A stretch of 64,000 bases of DNA from Clostridia bacterium (GTDB lineage Bacteria; Bacillota; Clostridia; Oscillospirales; CAG-272), in contig JAGBSP010000004.1 in the NCBI GenBank assembly GCA_017631855.1, forward strand, positions 81 to 64,080, read 5' to 3'. Under the pieces are notes generated by a model. The model made no database searches, was not told where the DNA came from, and saw only the letters and a list, made by a program, of their open reading frames with translations. Shown here piece by piece: positions 27,873 to 38,470 of this stretch. Positions within the stretch are counted from its first letter, which is position 1. Each line of letters begins with the position of its first letter. Made by a program: the position numbers and the translations under genes.

Positions 27873-27901
27873 ATTATAACACAAGTTTATCATGATTTCA
27901 A
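27873..27901 (-). promoter_or_regulatory. sigma-A-type promoter for the rimM operon
   Basis: Minus strand: TTGAAA, 17-nt spacer, TATAAT with an upstream TG. Confidence 0.5.
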
Positions 27902-27963
27902 CACTTTTGCAAATTAAATTCCGTTTTAAACCAGTTTATCCATAATTTATTTACAAATACCCC

Positions 27964-27992
27964 TTGCTTTTTTGAGAAAAATGTGGTATGAT
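27964..27992 (+). promoter_or_regulatory. sigma-A-type promoter for yajC
   Basis: TTGCTT (27964-27969), 17-nt spacer, TGgTATGAT (-10 at 27987-27992). Confidence 0.5.
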
Positions 27993-28024
27993 ATGGTATA
28001 TTTGAAATTTGGAGGTTTATATTT

Positions 28025-28306
28025 ATGGGCGCTTTTGGTACGATTATTTTTATGGTCGTCATTTTCGCAGCAATGTATTTTCTGATGATCAGACCTCAGA
28101 AAAAGCAGGAGCGCGAAGTCAATGCAATGAGAAACAATTTGCAGGTTGGTGATGAGATTACGACGATCGGTGGAATCATCGGTAAGATCGTTAGTATTAA
28201 GGAAGAAACCGTAATGATCGAAACGGGACACGACCGCACAAAAATCAGAATTCTCAGAACCGCTGTTCGTAACGTAGACGTTCACGCAGAGGACGCGCAG
28301 GACTAA
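28025..28306 (+). CDS. yajC: preprotein translocase subunit YajC
   Basis: 93 aa: one TM segment, then the RPQKKQ...GDEITTIGGIIGKI motif. Confidence 0.9.
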   Translation: MGAFGTIIFMVVIFAAMYFLMIRPQKKQEREVNAMRNNLQVGDEITTIGGIIGKIVSIKEETVMIETGHDRTKIRILRTAVRNVDVHAEDAQD

Positions 28307-28313
28307 TTCTCAA

Positions 28314-28347
28314 TAAAAAAAGATCGGAAAATTCCGATCTTTTTTTA
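28314..28347. terminator. bidirectional terminator
   Basis: aaaaaaagatcgg-aaaatt-ccgatcttttttt. Confidence 0.7.
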
Positions 28348-28356
28348 TTTGTTCGT

Positions 28357-29142
28357 TTATAATACCTTTTGCAAAAACTGCTGCAAACGAGGATTTTTGG
28401 GATTGGTAAAGAACTCTTCGGGCGGCGCTTCTTCTGCGATCACACCGTCACACATAAAGAGAATTTTATCAGCAACCTCGCGTGCAAATCCCATTTCATG
28501 AGTGACAACAACCATGGTCAGTCCCTCACGAGCCAATTCTTTCATCAGATCCAAAACCTCTCCGACCATTTCGGGGTCAAGCGCCGAGGTAGGTTCATCA
28601 AAGAGAATTACCTCGGGGTCCATTGCCAAAGCTCTGGCGATCGCTACGCGCTGCTTTTGACCACCGGAAAGCTGCGAAGGATATGCTTCCGCTTTATCGG
28701 GAAGTCCAACCATGTTCAACAACTCTTTTCCTCGTGCGACTGCCTCTTCCTTGGTCTTCAGCTTTAACATTACAGGGGCCAGCGTCAAGTTTTCCAAAAC
28801 AGTTTTGTGCGGAAAAAGATTAAAATGTTGGAATACCATTCCCATCTTTTTTCTGACTTGATTAATATTGCATTTTGTAGAAGTAATTCGCTCTCCATTA
28901 AAGTAAATTTCTCCGGAGGTAGGCTTTTCCAAAAGGTTCAAGCAACGAAGAAAAGTACTTTTTCCGCCACCGGAAGGACCGATAATAACGATCTTTTCAC
29001 CTTTTTTAATCGAATAATCAAAGCCTCTGAGAACTTTAATTTCTCCATCATTAAAATCTTTTACAAGATTTTTGACCTCGATCAAGGCATCGGGGTTGCA
29101 TGGAGCGTCCAATACGACCTTTTGTTCTTTTTTATTTTTCAC
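28357..29142 (-). CDS. polar amino acid ABC transporter ATP-binding protein
   Basis: GTG 29142 follows AGGAGG and overlaps the permease stop. Walker [10 protein letters not shown], signature LSGGQKQR and Walker B ILFDE are present. Confidence 0.92.
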   Translation of the reverse strand: MKNKKEQKVVLDAPCNPDALIEVKNLVKDFNDGEIKVLRGFDYSIKKGEKIVIIGPSGGGKSTFLRCLNLLEKPTSGEIYFNGERITSTKCNINQVRKKMGMVFQHFNLFPHKTVLENLTLAPVMLKLKTKEEAVARGKELLNMVGLPDKAEAYPSQLSGGQKQRVAIARALAMDPEVILFDEPTSALDPEMVGEVLDLMKELAREGLTMVVVTHEMGFAREVADKILFMCDGVIAEEAPPEEFFTNPKNPRLQQFLQKVL

Positions 29143-30520
29143 TCTTACGCAACCTCCTTTCCAAAAGCGATACCAGATACGACAAGCCAAGTACCAAAAT
29201 CAAGTAAATTACGGCAATCGCAATCAAAGGCATAAAATTACTGTACGTAATGGCACGAATCTTCAAACCACCAAGCGTCAGGTCTGCTACGCCGATATAG
29301 AACGCAACGGAGGTTTCCTTTAAGAGGGCGATAAACTCATTTGCCAACGACGGCAAAATTGCCTTAAAGGCTTGAGGAATGACGATATACCACATCGTAG
29401 GAACATATCCGAGTCCCAAGCTTCTGCCCGCCTCAATCTGTCCGTCGTCAATCGACATAATTCCACCGCGCACGATTTCGGAAACATAAGCACCCGAATT
29501 AATACCAAAGCAAAGCACGGCAGCAATAAATTTATCAATATTCAACGGAAGCAAAATAACGAAATAAATAATCAGCAACTGTATCATAACAGGTGTTCCG
29601 CGCATAATGGCAAGATACACCTTACAGATACCGTCTAATATCTTTAATTTTCCCGTTTTTGCACTCGTACAACGAATTGCGGCAACAAGAAATCCGATCG
29701 CAACACCAAGAATCAACGATAATGCAGTAATGGCAAGTGTGTTTCCAAGACCTTGTGCCAAATACATCCAACGATTTTCCTCAATGAAGTTTCTGTGAAA
29801 TTCCTCTTTAAACTCATTGAAGGCACGTTGTATCGGTGAAGACGTATCCGGCTTTGCCATATCGTAGTTCACAAGCTTAAAGCAAGCCACGCAACCGTTA
29901 CGAAGCGAATTTCGATTGGTAATATCTACACTTTCACCATTTACAGTTAATGTGGTGGTATTTTGCACTACCTTTTGAGCGTCGAGGATTCCACCGAACG
30001 CCGTATTGACAAACTCATCCGAGAGATAGAGCTGAAGTCCGTCTTCGGTTTCATAAATATAAACCTCCATCTCACCACTTAACGTAGGAGCGGTTTCCAA
30101 CAAGGCTTGGACTTTATCCGCAACTTCAAGTTGAACCTTTGTTGCGTTTTTGGGTTTTCCCGTTTTCGGATCGTTGATCGAAATACTGCCCAATACATCG
30201 TTGACATTGTCCTCGATTGTTGTATGAACGTCAATGGTTTCATAAGTACAACTCAGAATAATATCCTTCTGTGTGCCGTATTTGATATCGTTGACCGTTA
30301 TGCTACTGCGAGAACGAATATATTTTGAAGATAATGCCACATTATTCGGCAAAGAATCCAACGTAGCATCAACCATTTCTTGTGCCTGCGCAATATCGAT
30401 TTCCTGTTTTGCTCTATTATTAAGTCCATCGATCAGCATCACCGCAGCAAACAAACCTACTAAAACAGCAACAGCGATCAGAGCAATTAGAAAATTGCGA
30501 AGGTGTTTATTATGTTTCAT
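29132..30520 (-). CDS. amino acid ABC transporter permease with a large N-terminal extracytoplasmic domain
   Basis: ATG 30520 has an AGGAAGG RBS. The C-terminal ~215 aa are HisM/GlnP-type permease. The N-terminal ~250 aa are one TM segment plus an unrecognised soluble domain. Confidence 0.85.
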   Translation of the reverse strand: MKHNKHLRNFLIALIAVAVLVGLFAAVMLIDGLNNRAKQEIDIAQAQEMVDATLDSLPNNVALSSKYIRSRSSITVNDIKYGTQKDIILSCTYETIDVHTTIEDNVNDVLGSISINDPKTGKPKNATKVQLEVADKVQALLETAPTLSGEMEVYIYETEDGLQLYLSDEFVNTAFGGILDAQKVVQNTTTLTVNGESVDITNRNSLRNGCVACFKLVNYDMAKPDTSSPIQRAFNEFKEEFHRNFIEENRWMYLAQGLGNTLAITALSLILGVAIGFLVAAIRCTSAKTGKLKILDGICKVYLAIMRGTPVMIQLLIIYFVILLPLNIDKFIAAVLCFGINSGAYVSEIVRGGIMSIDDGQIEAGRSLGLGYVPTMWYIVIPQAFKAILPSLANEFIALLKETSVAFYIGVADLTLGGLKIRAITYSNFMPLIAIAVIYLILVLGLSYLVSLLERRLRKSEK

Positions 30521-30604
30521 AAAAGATGCCTTCCTAAACGGCAAAAAAATAGGAAAGTCGAAACGATCCTATTTTTTTGCTTTTTCATTTATAATAAATC
30601 CAAA

Positions 30605-31426
30605 TTATTCTGCAGGAATATACTTAGCAACGATTTCGTCAATCGTTCCGTCAGCAGTCAAAGCAACGATTGCTTCGTTGATCTTCTCAAGCAATGCGGA
30701 ATTGCCCTTCTTAATACAAATTGCATAGTCCTCATCTGCATAAGAGGTATCCAAAATTGCAAGACCTTCATTTGCATTTACCAGTGCCTTTGCAGGCTCA
30801 TTATCGATAATAACGCAATCAACGTCGCCACCAAGGAGAGCGAGAACTGCACCGTTTCCGTTATCATAGGTCGTTACGTTCTCAGAACCGAAATCATCGG
30901 TAGCGTAAATGTCACCCGTGGTACCGCGCTGAACACCGATTTTGTAGTTTGCGCCATCGGCATACAGATCGTCAACCGAGGTGATCGGAGAATTTGCGGG
31001 AACGATGATCGACTGAACACCGGTTGCGTAGCTGTTGGAGAAGTCGATCTCAAGGAGTCTCTTCTCAGTAACAGTCATACCTGCCATACCGAAATCAACA
31101 GATCCTTCCTTTACTGCCGTGATAATAGAATCGAATTCCATATCTACGATTTCGAGCTCATAGCCCATATACTCGGCGATTGCAGCAGCAATCTCAGCGT
31201 CAATACCAACGATCTTTCCGTCCTTGTAGAACTCATAGGGCTGGAAGTATGCATTGGTTGCCATCTTCAAAACAGGCTTTTCCTTAGAGTCACCATCGTT
31301 GTTGTCATTGTCGGGAGTGGTGGTGGTTTCGGACGTATCGTCAGCGACATCATCAGGAGTAGCACATGCAACGCATCCGATCATGATCAGAAGCAGAGCC
31401 AAAACTAAAGCAATAATCTTTTTCAT
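30605..31426 (-). CDS. amino acid ABC transporter substrate-binding lipoprotein
   Basis: Lipobox LIMIGC, an acidic linker, then a canonical-order SBP_bac_3-type sequence. Confidence 0.9.
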   Translation of the reverse strand: MKKIIALVLALLLIMIGCVACATPDDVADDTSETTTTPDNDNNDGDSKEKPVLKMATNAYFQPYEFYKDGKIVGIDAEIAAAIAEYMGYELEIVDMEFDSIITAVKEGSVDFGMAGMTVTEKRLLEIDFSNSYATGVQSIIVPANSPITSVDDLYADGANYKIGVQRGTTGDIYATDDFGSENVTTYDNGNGAVLALLGGDVDCVIIDNEPAKALVNANEGLAILDTSYADEDYAICIKKGNSALLEKINEAIVALTADGTIDEIVAKYIPAE

Positions 31427-31471
31427 TTTTCTTTTCCTCCATAGAAAATAATTTTAATGATTACATGCATC

Positions 31472-31500
31472 ATTATATCGCATAAATATTCAAATGTCAA
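31472..31500 (-). promoter_or_regulatory. consensus sigma-A promoter for the amino acid ABC operon
   Basis: Minus strand: TTGACA, 17-nt spacer, TATAAT. Confidence 0.55.
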
Positions 31501-31523
31501 TACTTTAATTAAAAATTTTTCGT

Positions 31524-34364
31524 TTATTTTTCTTTTTGAATATTCATGATTTTGTTTAAATATACACCCGTATACGAATTTTTATTCATTGCAACTTCCT
31601 CGGGGGTGCCCGTTGCTACAATCGTTCCTCCGCCGTCACCGCCTTCGGGACCAAGATCGATGATATAATCTGCCGTTTTAATCACGTCAAGATTGTGCTC
31701 AATCACGATCAGAGAATTTCCCGCATTGCACAGACGCTGCAACACGTCGATCAGCTTGGCTACGTCATCGCTGTGAAGTCCCGTCGTCGGTTCGTCGAGA
31801 ATATACATCGTCTTCCCTGTCGGTCGCTTGGAAAGCTCTGTCGCAAGCTTGACTCGCTGCGCCTCTCCGCCCGAAATCGTCGTTGAAGACTGTCCGAGCT
31901 TGATATACCCGAGTCCCACGTCAAAGAGCGTTTGCAACTTGTTTTTAATTCTCGGAATTCCGTCAAAGAACAGAAGCGCCTCTTCCACCGTCATTTCGAG
32001 CACGTCGGAAATATTCTTCCCTTTGTATTTTACGTCCAAGGTATCGCGATTGTACCGTTTTCCTCGGCAAACGTCACAGGTCACGTAAACGTCGGGCAAG
32101 AAGTGCATCTCGATCTTTTTCAATCCGTCACCCTCGCAAGCCTCACATCGACCGCCCTTTACGTTAAAGGAAAACCGTCCCGAAGCATAACCCTTTGCTT
32201 TCGCATCGGTGGTTTTTGCAAACAGATCGCGAATATCGGTAAAGAGTCCCGTATAGGTCGCGGGGTTGGAACGCGGAGTTCGTCCGATGGGGCTTTGGTC
32301 GATATCGATCACCTTATCCAAATGCTCGACACCGAGAATTTCCTTGAATTTTCCGTGCGATCGAATTGCCCCGTTGAGCTCCCGCGCCAAGGTAGGATTA
32401 ATAATACCATTGACAAGCGAGGATTTACCCGAACCGGAAACACCCGTCACACAGACAAAGCACCCTAAGGGAATCTCTACGTCAATGTGCTTCAAATTAT
32501 GCTCGTAAGCATCTCTTACCTGAAGCGTCTTTCCGTTTCCCGCACGTCGCATTGCAGGAATATCGATCTTCTTCCGTCCCGAAAGATAAGCGCCCGTGAT
32601 GGATTTCGGATGCTTCAGCACCTCTTCTGGAGTTCCTGCGGCAACGATCTCCCCACCGTGAATTCCCGCGCCTGGACCAATGTCAATCAAATAATCCGAC
32701 TCCATCATCGTTTCCTCATCGTGCTCCACGACAATAACGGTATTACCAAGATCGCGAAGCTTTTTGAGCGTTTCGATCAATTTGGAATTGTCGCGCTGAT
32801 GCAGACCGATGCTCGGCTCGTCGAGAATATAAAGCACTCCGACAAGCGCCGATCCAATCTGCGTTGCCAAACGAATTCTCTGTGCCTCTCCGCCCGAAAG
32901 AGAGCCTGCTTTTCTTGCTAAGGTCAGATAATCGAGTCCCACGCTGACCAAAAATCCAAGTCTTGCACGAATCTCCTTGAGAATTTCGGCAGAAATGATT
33001 TTTTCCATTCCCGTCGGCTCAAATTTTTCGATAAATTCAAGGGCGGATGCCACTGACATTCGGCAAAGATCGTCAATGTTTTTTTCGCCAACCGTCACGG
33101 CAAGATAGTTGGGAGAAAGGCGCTTTCCCTGACATTCGGGACAAGGCGCTTCCTCAATAAACTGCTCGTAATACTCGTCGCTGCCCGACTGTATCATTCT
33201 TGTTTCGATCATTTTTACAAGACCGTCAAAACGAATTTTCTGACGGTGCGCTTCCCCGCCAAACCAACGCTCAACGTCGTAAATCTCGTTGCCCGATCCA
33301 TAAAGAAGAACGTCGTACGCTTTCTCGGAGAACTCCTTGATCGGCAGATCCATATCAAAACCAAAGCGCTCGCCAACCGCCATAAAGAGCGGTCCGTTCC
33401 AGCTTTGCTCGTCCAGCGTTTTAAATCCGTTGACAGCAATCGCGCCTTGACGCAAGGAAAGTCTTGGATCGGGAATCAAGAGCTCCACGGCAATCCGTCG
33501 GATCTCGCCAAGACCCGCGCAATGCGGACAAGCGCCTGCGGGATTGTTGAAGGAAAACATTCTCGGCTCCAGCTCACCAAAGGAAATTCCGTGCTCTTCG
33601 CAGGCATAGCTTTGCGAAAAATCAAGCTCGACGGGATCTCCCTCTCTCGGCACGGTCACGATCAAAAGATGTCCGTCCGACAAGCGAAGCGCGTTTTCCA
33701 CCGAATCGGCAAGACGCGAACGAAGATCGGGCTTCATAATCAATCGGTCAACAACCACCTCGATGGTATGCTTTTTGTTTTTATCAAGCTTGATCTCCTC
33801 GGAAATATCGTAAAGACTACCGTCTACGCGAACACGAACGTATCCGCTTTTTTTGGTAGAGGCAAAAACCTTTTCGTGCATTCCCTTTTGCGCTCTCACT
33901 ACGGGAGAAAGCACCATAAAGCGAGTTCCCTCTGGAAGCTCCATAATCTTATCAATGATGGTATCGGTCGATTGCCGACGAATTTCCTTGCCGCAAATCG
34001 GGCAATGAGGAATTCCGATGCGGGCATACAGCAAGCGAAGATAGTCATAGATCTCGGTTACGGTTCCCACGGTCGAGCGCGGATTCTTTGAGGTAGTTTT
34101 CTGATCAATCGCAATCGCGGGAGAAAGTCCCTCGATCAGATCCACGTCGGGCTTATCCATCTGCCCCAAGAACTGTCTTGCATAGGAAGAAAGCGATTCC
34201 ACGAAACGCCGATGTCCCTCTGCGTAGATGGTGTCAAAGGCAAGCGAGGATTTACCCGAACCCGAAAGTCCCGTCAGAACCACGAGCTGATCTCTTGGAA
34301 TCTCTACGTTGATATTTTTTAAATTATTGACGCGAGCACCGCGTATCACAATAGATTTCGGCAT
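31524..34364 (-). CDS. uvrA: excinuclease ABC subunit A
   Basis: Start at [17 protein letters not shown] (ATG 34364), 1 nt after the uvrB stop. Two ABC modules and zinc fingers are present. Confidence 0.97.
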   Translation of the reverse strand: MPKSIVIRGARVNNLKNINVEIPRDQLVVLTGLSGSGKSSLAFDTIYAEGHRRFVESLSSYARQFLGQMDKPDVDLIEGLSPAIAIDQKTTSKNPRSTVGTVTEIYDYLRLLYARIGIPHCPICGKEIRRQSTDTIIDKIMELPEGTRFMVLSPVVRAQKGMHEKVFASTKKSGYVRVRVDGSLYDISEEIKLDKNKKHTIEVVVDRLIMKPDLRSRLADSVENALRLSDGHLLIVTVPREGDPVELDFSQSYACEEHGISFGELEPRMFSFNNPAGACPHCAGLGEIRRIAVELLIPDPRLSLRQGAIAVNGFKTLDEQSWNGPLFMAVGERFGFDMDLPIKEFSEKAYDVLLYGSGNEIYDVERWFGGEAHRQKIRFDGLVKMIETRMIQSGSDEYYEQFIEEAPCPECQGKRLSPNYLAVTVGEKNIDDLCRMSVASALEFIEKFEPTGMEKIISAEILKEIRARLGFLVSVGLDYLTLARKAGSLSGGEAQRIRLATQIGSALVGVLYILDEPSIGLHQRDNSKLIETLKKLRDLGNTVIVVEHDEETMMESDYLIDIGPGAGIHGGEIVAAGTPEEVLKHPKSITGAYLSGRKKIDIPAMRRAGNGKTLQVRDAYEHNLKHIDVEIPLGCFVCVTGVSGSGKSSLVNGIINPTLARELNGAIRSHGKFKEILGVEHLDKVIDIDQSPIGRTPRSNPATYTGLFTDIRDLFAKTTDAKAKGYASGRFSFNVKGGRCEACEGDGLKKIEMHFLPDVYVTCDVCRGKRYNRDTLDVKYKGKNISDVLEMTVEEALLFFDGIPRIKNKLQTLFDVGLGYIKLGQSSTTISGGEAQRVKLATELSKRPTGKTMYILDEPTTGLHSDDVAKLIDVLQRLCNAGNSLIVIEHNLDVIKTADYIIDLGPEGGDGGGTIVATGTPEEVAMNKNSYTGVYLNKIMNIQKEK

Positions 34365-34365
34365 A

Positions 34366-36354
34366 CTATTTTTTCGTTTGTTCCTTTCGTAGCTCTGCGA
34401 TTCTGTCACGAAGATATGCGGCTTGCTCGAACTCAAGGTTTTTCGCGGCACGCTTCATTTGCGCCGTCAATTCCTCGATCTTGCGGTCGCGCTCCTTCGC
34501 ACTCATCTTCTTTTGCTTTCCGTCGACGGATTTTTTCTCGTTCTTTTCGGAGCGTCCGATCTCAATAATGTCGCGAACGTCCTTTACGATGGTTTTAGGA
34601 ATAATGCCGTGTGCTTCGTTATATTCACTTTGAATCTTTCTTCTGCGTTCGGTTTCACGAATTGCCGCCGCCATAGATCCCGTAACGGTATCTGCGTACA
34701 TAATAACTTTACCCTCGGCATTTCTCGCAGCACGTCCGATCGTCTGAATCAAACTCCGCTCCGCGCGCAAGAAACCTTCCTTATCGGCATCAAGAATTGC
34801 CACAAGCGATACCTCGGGAATATCCAGACCCTCTCGCAGCAAATTGATACCAACGAGGACATCAAATTCACCCAAACGAAGATCGCGAATGATCTCCATA
34901 CGCTCCATCGTATCTACGTTAAAATGAATATATTTGACCTTGATTCCGTTATTTTGCAGATATTCGGTCAAATCCTCTGCCATTTTTCTCGTCAACGTCG
35001 TTACGAGAACTCTCTCGTTTTTCTCGGTACGCAGTTTGATCTCGCCCATCAGATCGTCGATTTGTCCTTCAATCGGACGCACTTCAACCTCGGGATCGAC
35101 CAGTCCGGTCGGACGAATAATCTGTTCTACGATTTGTTCCGATTCCTCGATCTCATAATCTCCTGGGGTTGCGCTGATATAGATGGTTTGATGAAGCTTT
35201 GATTCAAATTCCTCAAAAAACAGAGGACGGTTGTCGAATGCCGAGGGGAGACGGAAGCCGAAATCCACCAAATTCTTCTTTCTTGCCGTATCTCCGCCGC
35301 TCATTCCGCGCACCTGCGGAAGCGTAACGTGCGACTCGTCCACAAAAAGCAAAAAATCTTTAGGAAAATAATCGAGCAAGGTATACGGCGTTGCACCCGC
35401 AGGCCGTCCCGCAAGCACACGCGAATAGTTTTCCACTCCCGAACAAAAGCCAACCTCGCGGAGCATTTCCATATCGTATTTGACACGCTCCTCGATTCTT
35501 TGCGCTTCGATCAATTTTCCTTCCGATCGGAAGAATTCTACGCGTTCGTTCATTTCCTTGAAAATTTCGGCAATGGCTTTTTCCTTCTTTTCGTCGGAAA
35601 CCGCATAGTGCGTTGCGGGATAAATACCAACGTACGCGAGATATTTGATGACCTCGCCCGTCACAATATTGATCTCGGCAATTCGGTCGATCTCGTCACC
35701 GAAGAACTCCACGCGAAAGGCGTGCTCCTGCATATTGGCGGGAATAATATCCACCGTATCTCCCTGCACACGGAATTTGTCGCGTTCCAAGGAAAAATCA
35801 TTTCTGTCATAGCTGATGGCTACCAAGCGCTGAATTAATTCGTCGCGGCTGATTTCCATCCCCGGGCGCAATGCAATTACGAGGTTTTTATATTCCACTG
35901 GATCTCCCAAGGAATAGATGCATGAAACACTTGCAACGATAATCACGTCGTTGCGCTCAAAGAGCGCAGAGGTTGCACTATGGCGAAGCATATCGATCTC
36001 GTCGTTGATCATTGCATCTTTTTCGATATAAACGTCTTTTCCTGGAATGTATGCTTCGGGCTGATAATAGTCGTAATAGGACACAAAATACTCTACCGCA
36101 TTGTCGGGAAAGATCTCTCGAAACTCCGAGCAAAGCTGCGCTGCCAAGGTTTTATTGTGTGCCAAAACGAGCGTTGGTTTGTTGACGTTGGCAATCACGT
36201 TTGCCATCGTAAAGGTTTTTCCCGAGCCGGTGACGCCGAGAAGCGTCTGCTTTCGATCACCGCGAAGAACGCCTTCGGTCAGCTTTTCAATCGCTTGCGG
36301 TTGATCTCCGCTGGGAGCATACTCCGATCGCAGATGAAATTTTTGTTGATTCAC
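34366..36354 (-). CDS. uvrB: excinuclease ABC subunit B
   Basis: GTG 36354 lies 9 nt after AGGAGG. N-terminus [17 protein letters not shown], helicase motifs, and a C-terminal UVR domain. Confidence 0.96.
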   Translation of the reverse strand: MNQQKFHLRSEYAPSGDQPQAIEKLTEGVLRGDRKQTLLGVTGSGKTFTMANVIANVNKPTLVLAHNKTLAAQLCSEFREIFPDNAVEYFVSYYDYYQPEAYIPGKDVYIEKDAMINDEIDMLRHSATSALFERNDVIIVASVSCIYSLGDPVEYKNLVIALRPGMEISRDELIQRLVAISYDRNDFSLERDKFRVQGDTVDIIPANMQEHAFRVEFFGDEIDRIAEINIVTGEVIKYLAYVGIYPATHYAVSDEKKEKAIAEIFKEMNERVEFFRSEGKLIEAQRIEERVKYDMEMLREVGFCSGVENYSRVLAGRPAGATPYTLLDYFPKDFLLFVDESHVTLPQVRGMSGGDTARKKNLVDFGFRLPSAFDNRPLFFEEFESKLHQTIYISATPGDYEIEESEQIVEQIIRPTGLVDPEVEVRPIEGQIDDLMGEIKLRTEKNERVLVTTLTRKMAEDLTEYLQNNGIKVKYIHFNVDTMERMEIIRDLRLGEFDVLVGINLLREGLDIPEVSLVAILDADKEGFLRAERSLIQTIGRAARNAEGKVIMYADTVTGSMAAAIRETERRRKIQSEYNEAHGIIPKTIVKDVRDIIEIGRSEKNEKKSVDGKQKKMSAKERDRKIEELTAQMKRAAKNLEFEQAAYLRDRIAELRKEQTKK

Positions 36355-36430
36355 GGAAGCATACCTCCTTTCAAAAAACTTCAATACTGATATTATATCA
36401 TATTTTTTTCAAAAAATAAATAGGGATCAC

Positions 36431-36465
36431 CAAAAAAGAGATTTCGTTTTCACGAAATCTCTTTT
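36431..36465 (-). terminator. rho-independent terminator after dxs (5' arm inside the last codons)
   Basis: aaaagagatttcg/cgaaatctctttt followed by a T-run on the minus strand. Confidence 0.6.
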
Positions 36466-38360
36466 TCCAATAACCGCAACAGAGCGGCTTCAATGTCATC
36501 CGAATCAACGCCTGCCGCCGCATAAACACTTTGTCCGATTTCTCGATGATCCACGAAGGAATCATCTACAGCGAGAATTTCAAACGAATCGGTAGCAAGT
36601 CCGTGGCGACGAATCATTTGGTCGGAAAGATTCATTCCCATACCGCCGCTTCGCACCTCTTCCTCTAAGAACAAAAACTTTACGTCTTTGTCGGAAAGCA
36701 TCTCTGCAAGCAGATCCGAAAGCTCATCATACGGCTTTAAAAATTCCAACAACAAAATTCCGACCGAAATTCCCTTCTCACGCAAATGTTCGGTTGCCGT
36801 CATTGCTTCTGTGACGATCTTTCCATGCGTAACAATCACGGCAGAGAGAGCCTGTCCGTCTGAGAAATCCTTTGCGATACCAAGTCGACGTGAAACTCCG
36901 TTCCGATAAAATTTTTGAACGACTTCTTCATTTTCGGAAGCGTTGGGATAACGAATGGCACACGGAAGATTCGATTCATACGCTTCTGTCATGGCAACAC
37001 GCAACGTCTCCATTGTAATCGGCGTATAAATTTTCAAATTTGGAATTTGCGACAAAAACGCCACGTCAAAAATACCATGATGAGTCGCTCCGTCACCGGA
37101 ATTCAATCCTGCACGATCGACCAAAAGCACGCAAGGTAGCTTTTGCAAAGCAATATCGTGAATGACTTGATCGTAACCTCTTTGTAAAAATGTAGAATAT
37201 AGAGCCACAAATGGTTTCATTCCATTGGCGCAAAGTCCCGCAGCAAAAGTCAGTGCATGAGGCTCGGCAATTCCAACGTCAAAGAAGCGCTCGGGAGCAA
37301 CCTCTTTGATCATATCCATCCCCGTAGATTCTCCCATTGCCGCGGTAATGGCACAAATACTTTGGTCTTTTTTAACCATCTCAGACAACATCTTTCCCAT
37401 CTCTTTGGAAAAGGTCGTTTTGCAATAGTCAGACTTCTGTGGACTCATTCCGTGATAAAGTTCGGGAGCGTTTTCCGCAGGGGCATATCCTTTTCCCTTT
37501 TTCGTCTTCAAATGAACAACAACGCTTTCGTCTATCTTTTTTGCTTCTTGGAGCAAACGCTCAACAGCTTCATAATCATTTCCGTCGATCGGTCCGAGAT
37601 ACGTAAGACCCATACTCTCAAAATAATTCGATCCGTAAAGAACGTTTTTAAACATTTTCTTGACTCCTCGAACGATTCGGAAGGTTGGCTTTCCGATCAC
37701 AGGAATTCGCCTTAGGAACATTCCTGTCCATCGTTTGGTTTTAAAATATCCCGATTTTGTACGAAGTTTGGAAAGATTCTTTGCAAAGCGTCCGATGTTT
37801 TTGGAAATCGACATCTCGTTTTCATTCATAATGATTACAAGACGAAGCTTTTTTTTGCAATTGTTGAGTGCTTCGTGAATCATTCCACCCGTATATGCAC
37901 CGTCACCGATCACCACAACCGTATAGGCATCCGAACCATTCAAAGAATCAGATATAGCAAAGCCCAATGCCGCCGAAAGCGAAGTGGAGCTATGCCCCGC
38001 GCCAAAACAGTCGTGTTCACTCTCAAAACGGTTGGTAAAACCACTCAGTCCCCCTGCTTGACGAATCGTTTCGATTCGATCATAGCGTCCTGTCAACATT
38101 TTGTGCACATAGCTCTGATGCCCTACATCAAAGATGATATGATCTTTTGGTGTATGAAAAACGCGATGAATCGCCATCGTCAATTCTACCACACCAAGAT
38201 TCGACGCAAGGTGTCCGCCATTTTTAGAAATTACTCGAATAAGTTCGGCACGAATTTCTTCTGCAACCTCCTTCATTTTATCGGAAGGAATTGCTTGAAA
38301 ATCTTCGGGAGAATGAATTCCCGTTAAATATTGAACTGTTTTATTCTCTACCGTATCCAC
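36450..38360 (-). CDS. dxs: 1-deoxy-D-xylulose-5-phosphate synthase
   Basis: 636 aa with TPP-binding GDGAYTGGM and the DXS N-terminus GHLASNLGVVELT...DVGHQSY. Confidence 0.96.
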   Translation of the reverse strand: MDTVENKTVQYLTGIHSPEDFQAIPSDKMKEVAEEIRAELIRVISKNGGHLASNLGVVELTMAIHRVFHTPKDHIIFDVGHQSYVHKMLTGRYDRIETIRQAGGLSGFTNRFESEHDCFGAGHSSTSLSAALGFAISDSLNGSDAYTVVVIGDGAYTGGMIHEALNNCKKKLRLVIIMNENEMSISKNIGRFAKNLSKLRTKSGYFKTKRWTGMFLRRIPVIGKPTFRIVRGVKKMFKNVLYGSNYFESMGLTYLGPIDGNDYEAVERLLQEAKKIDESVVVHLKTKKGKGYAPAENAPELYHGMSPQKSDYCKTTFSKEMGKMLSEMVKKDQSICAITAAMGESTGMDMIKEVAPERFFDVGIAEPHALTFAAGLCANGMKPFVALYSTFLQRGYDQVIHDIALQKLPCVLLVDRAGLNSGDGATHHGIFDVAFLSQIPNLKIYTPITMETLRVAMTEAYESNLPCAIRYPNASENEEVVQKFYRNGVSRRLGIAKDFSDGQALSAVIVTHGKIVTEAMTATEHLREKGISVGILLLEFLKPYDELSDLLAEMLSDKDVKFLFLEEEVRSGGMGMNLSDQMIRRHGLATDSFEILAVDDSFVDHREIGQSVYAAAGVDSDDIEAALLRLLEKEIS

Positions 38361-38429
38361 GGAAACACTCTCCTTTTTCTAAATTTTTTTTATTATATCA
38401 CATTTTTCAAAAAAAGAAAAGTCTTTTTT

Positions 38430-38460
38430 TAAAAAAACTGCCACCGATATCGGTGGCAGT
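38430..38460 (-). terminator. rho-independent terminator after the phosphosugar mutase gene
   Basis: actgccaccg-atat-cggtggcagt followed by a T-run on the minus strand. Confidence 0.65.
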
Positions 38461-38470
38461 TGAATTTTGT

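Noticed and set aside
27947-28285. A 112-codon minus-strand ORF opposite yajC.
   Set aside because: It is antisense to a clear YajC gene that has a promoter, RBS and terminator. No features support it.
36355-36449. A search for a LexA (Cheo-type GAAC-N4-GTTC) SOS box upstream of uvrB, also checked around uvrA and uvrC.
   Set aside because: No GAAC...GTTC-type palindrome is visible in these upstream regions, so no SOS operator is claimed.
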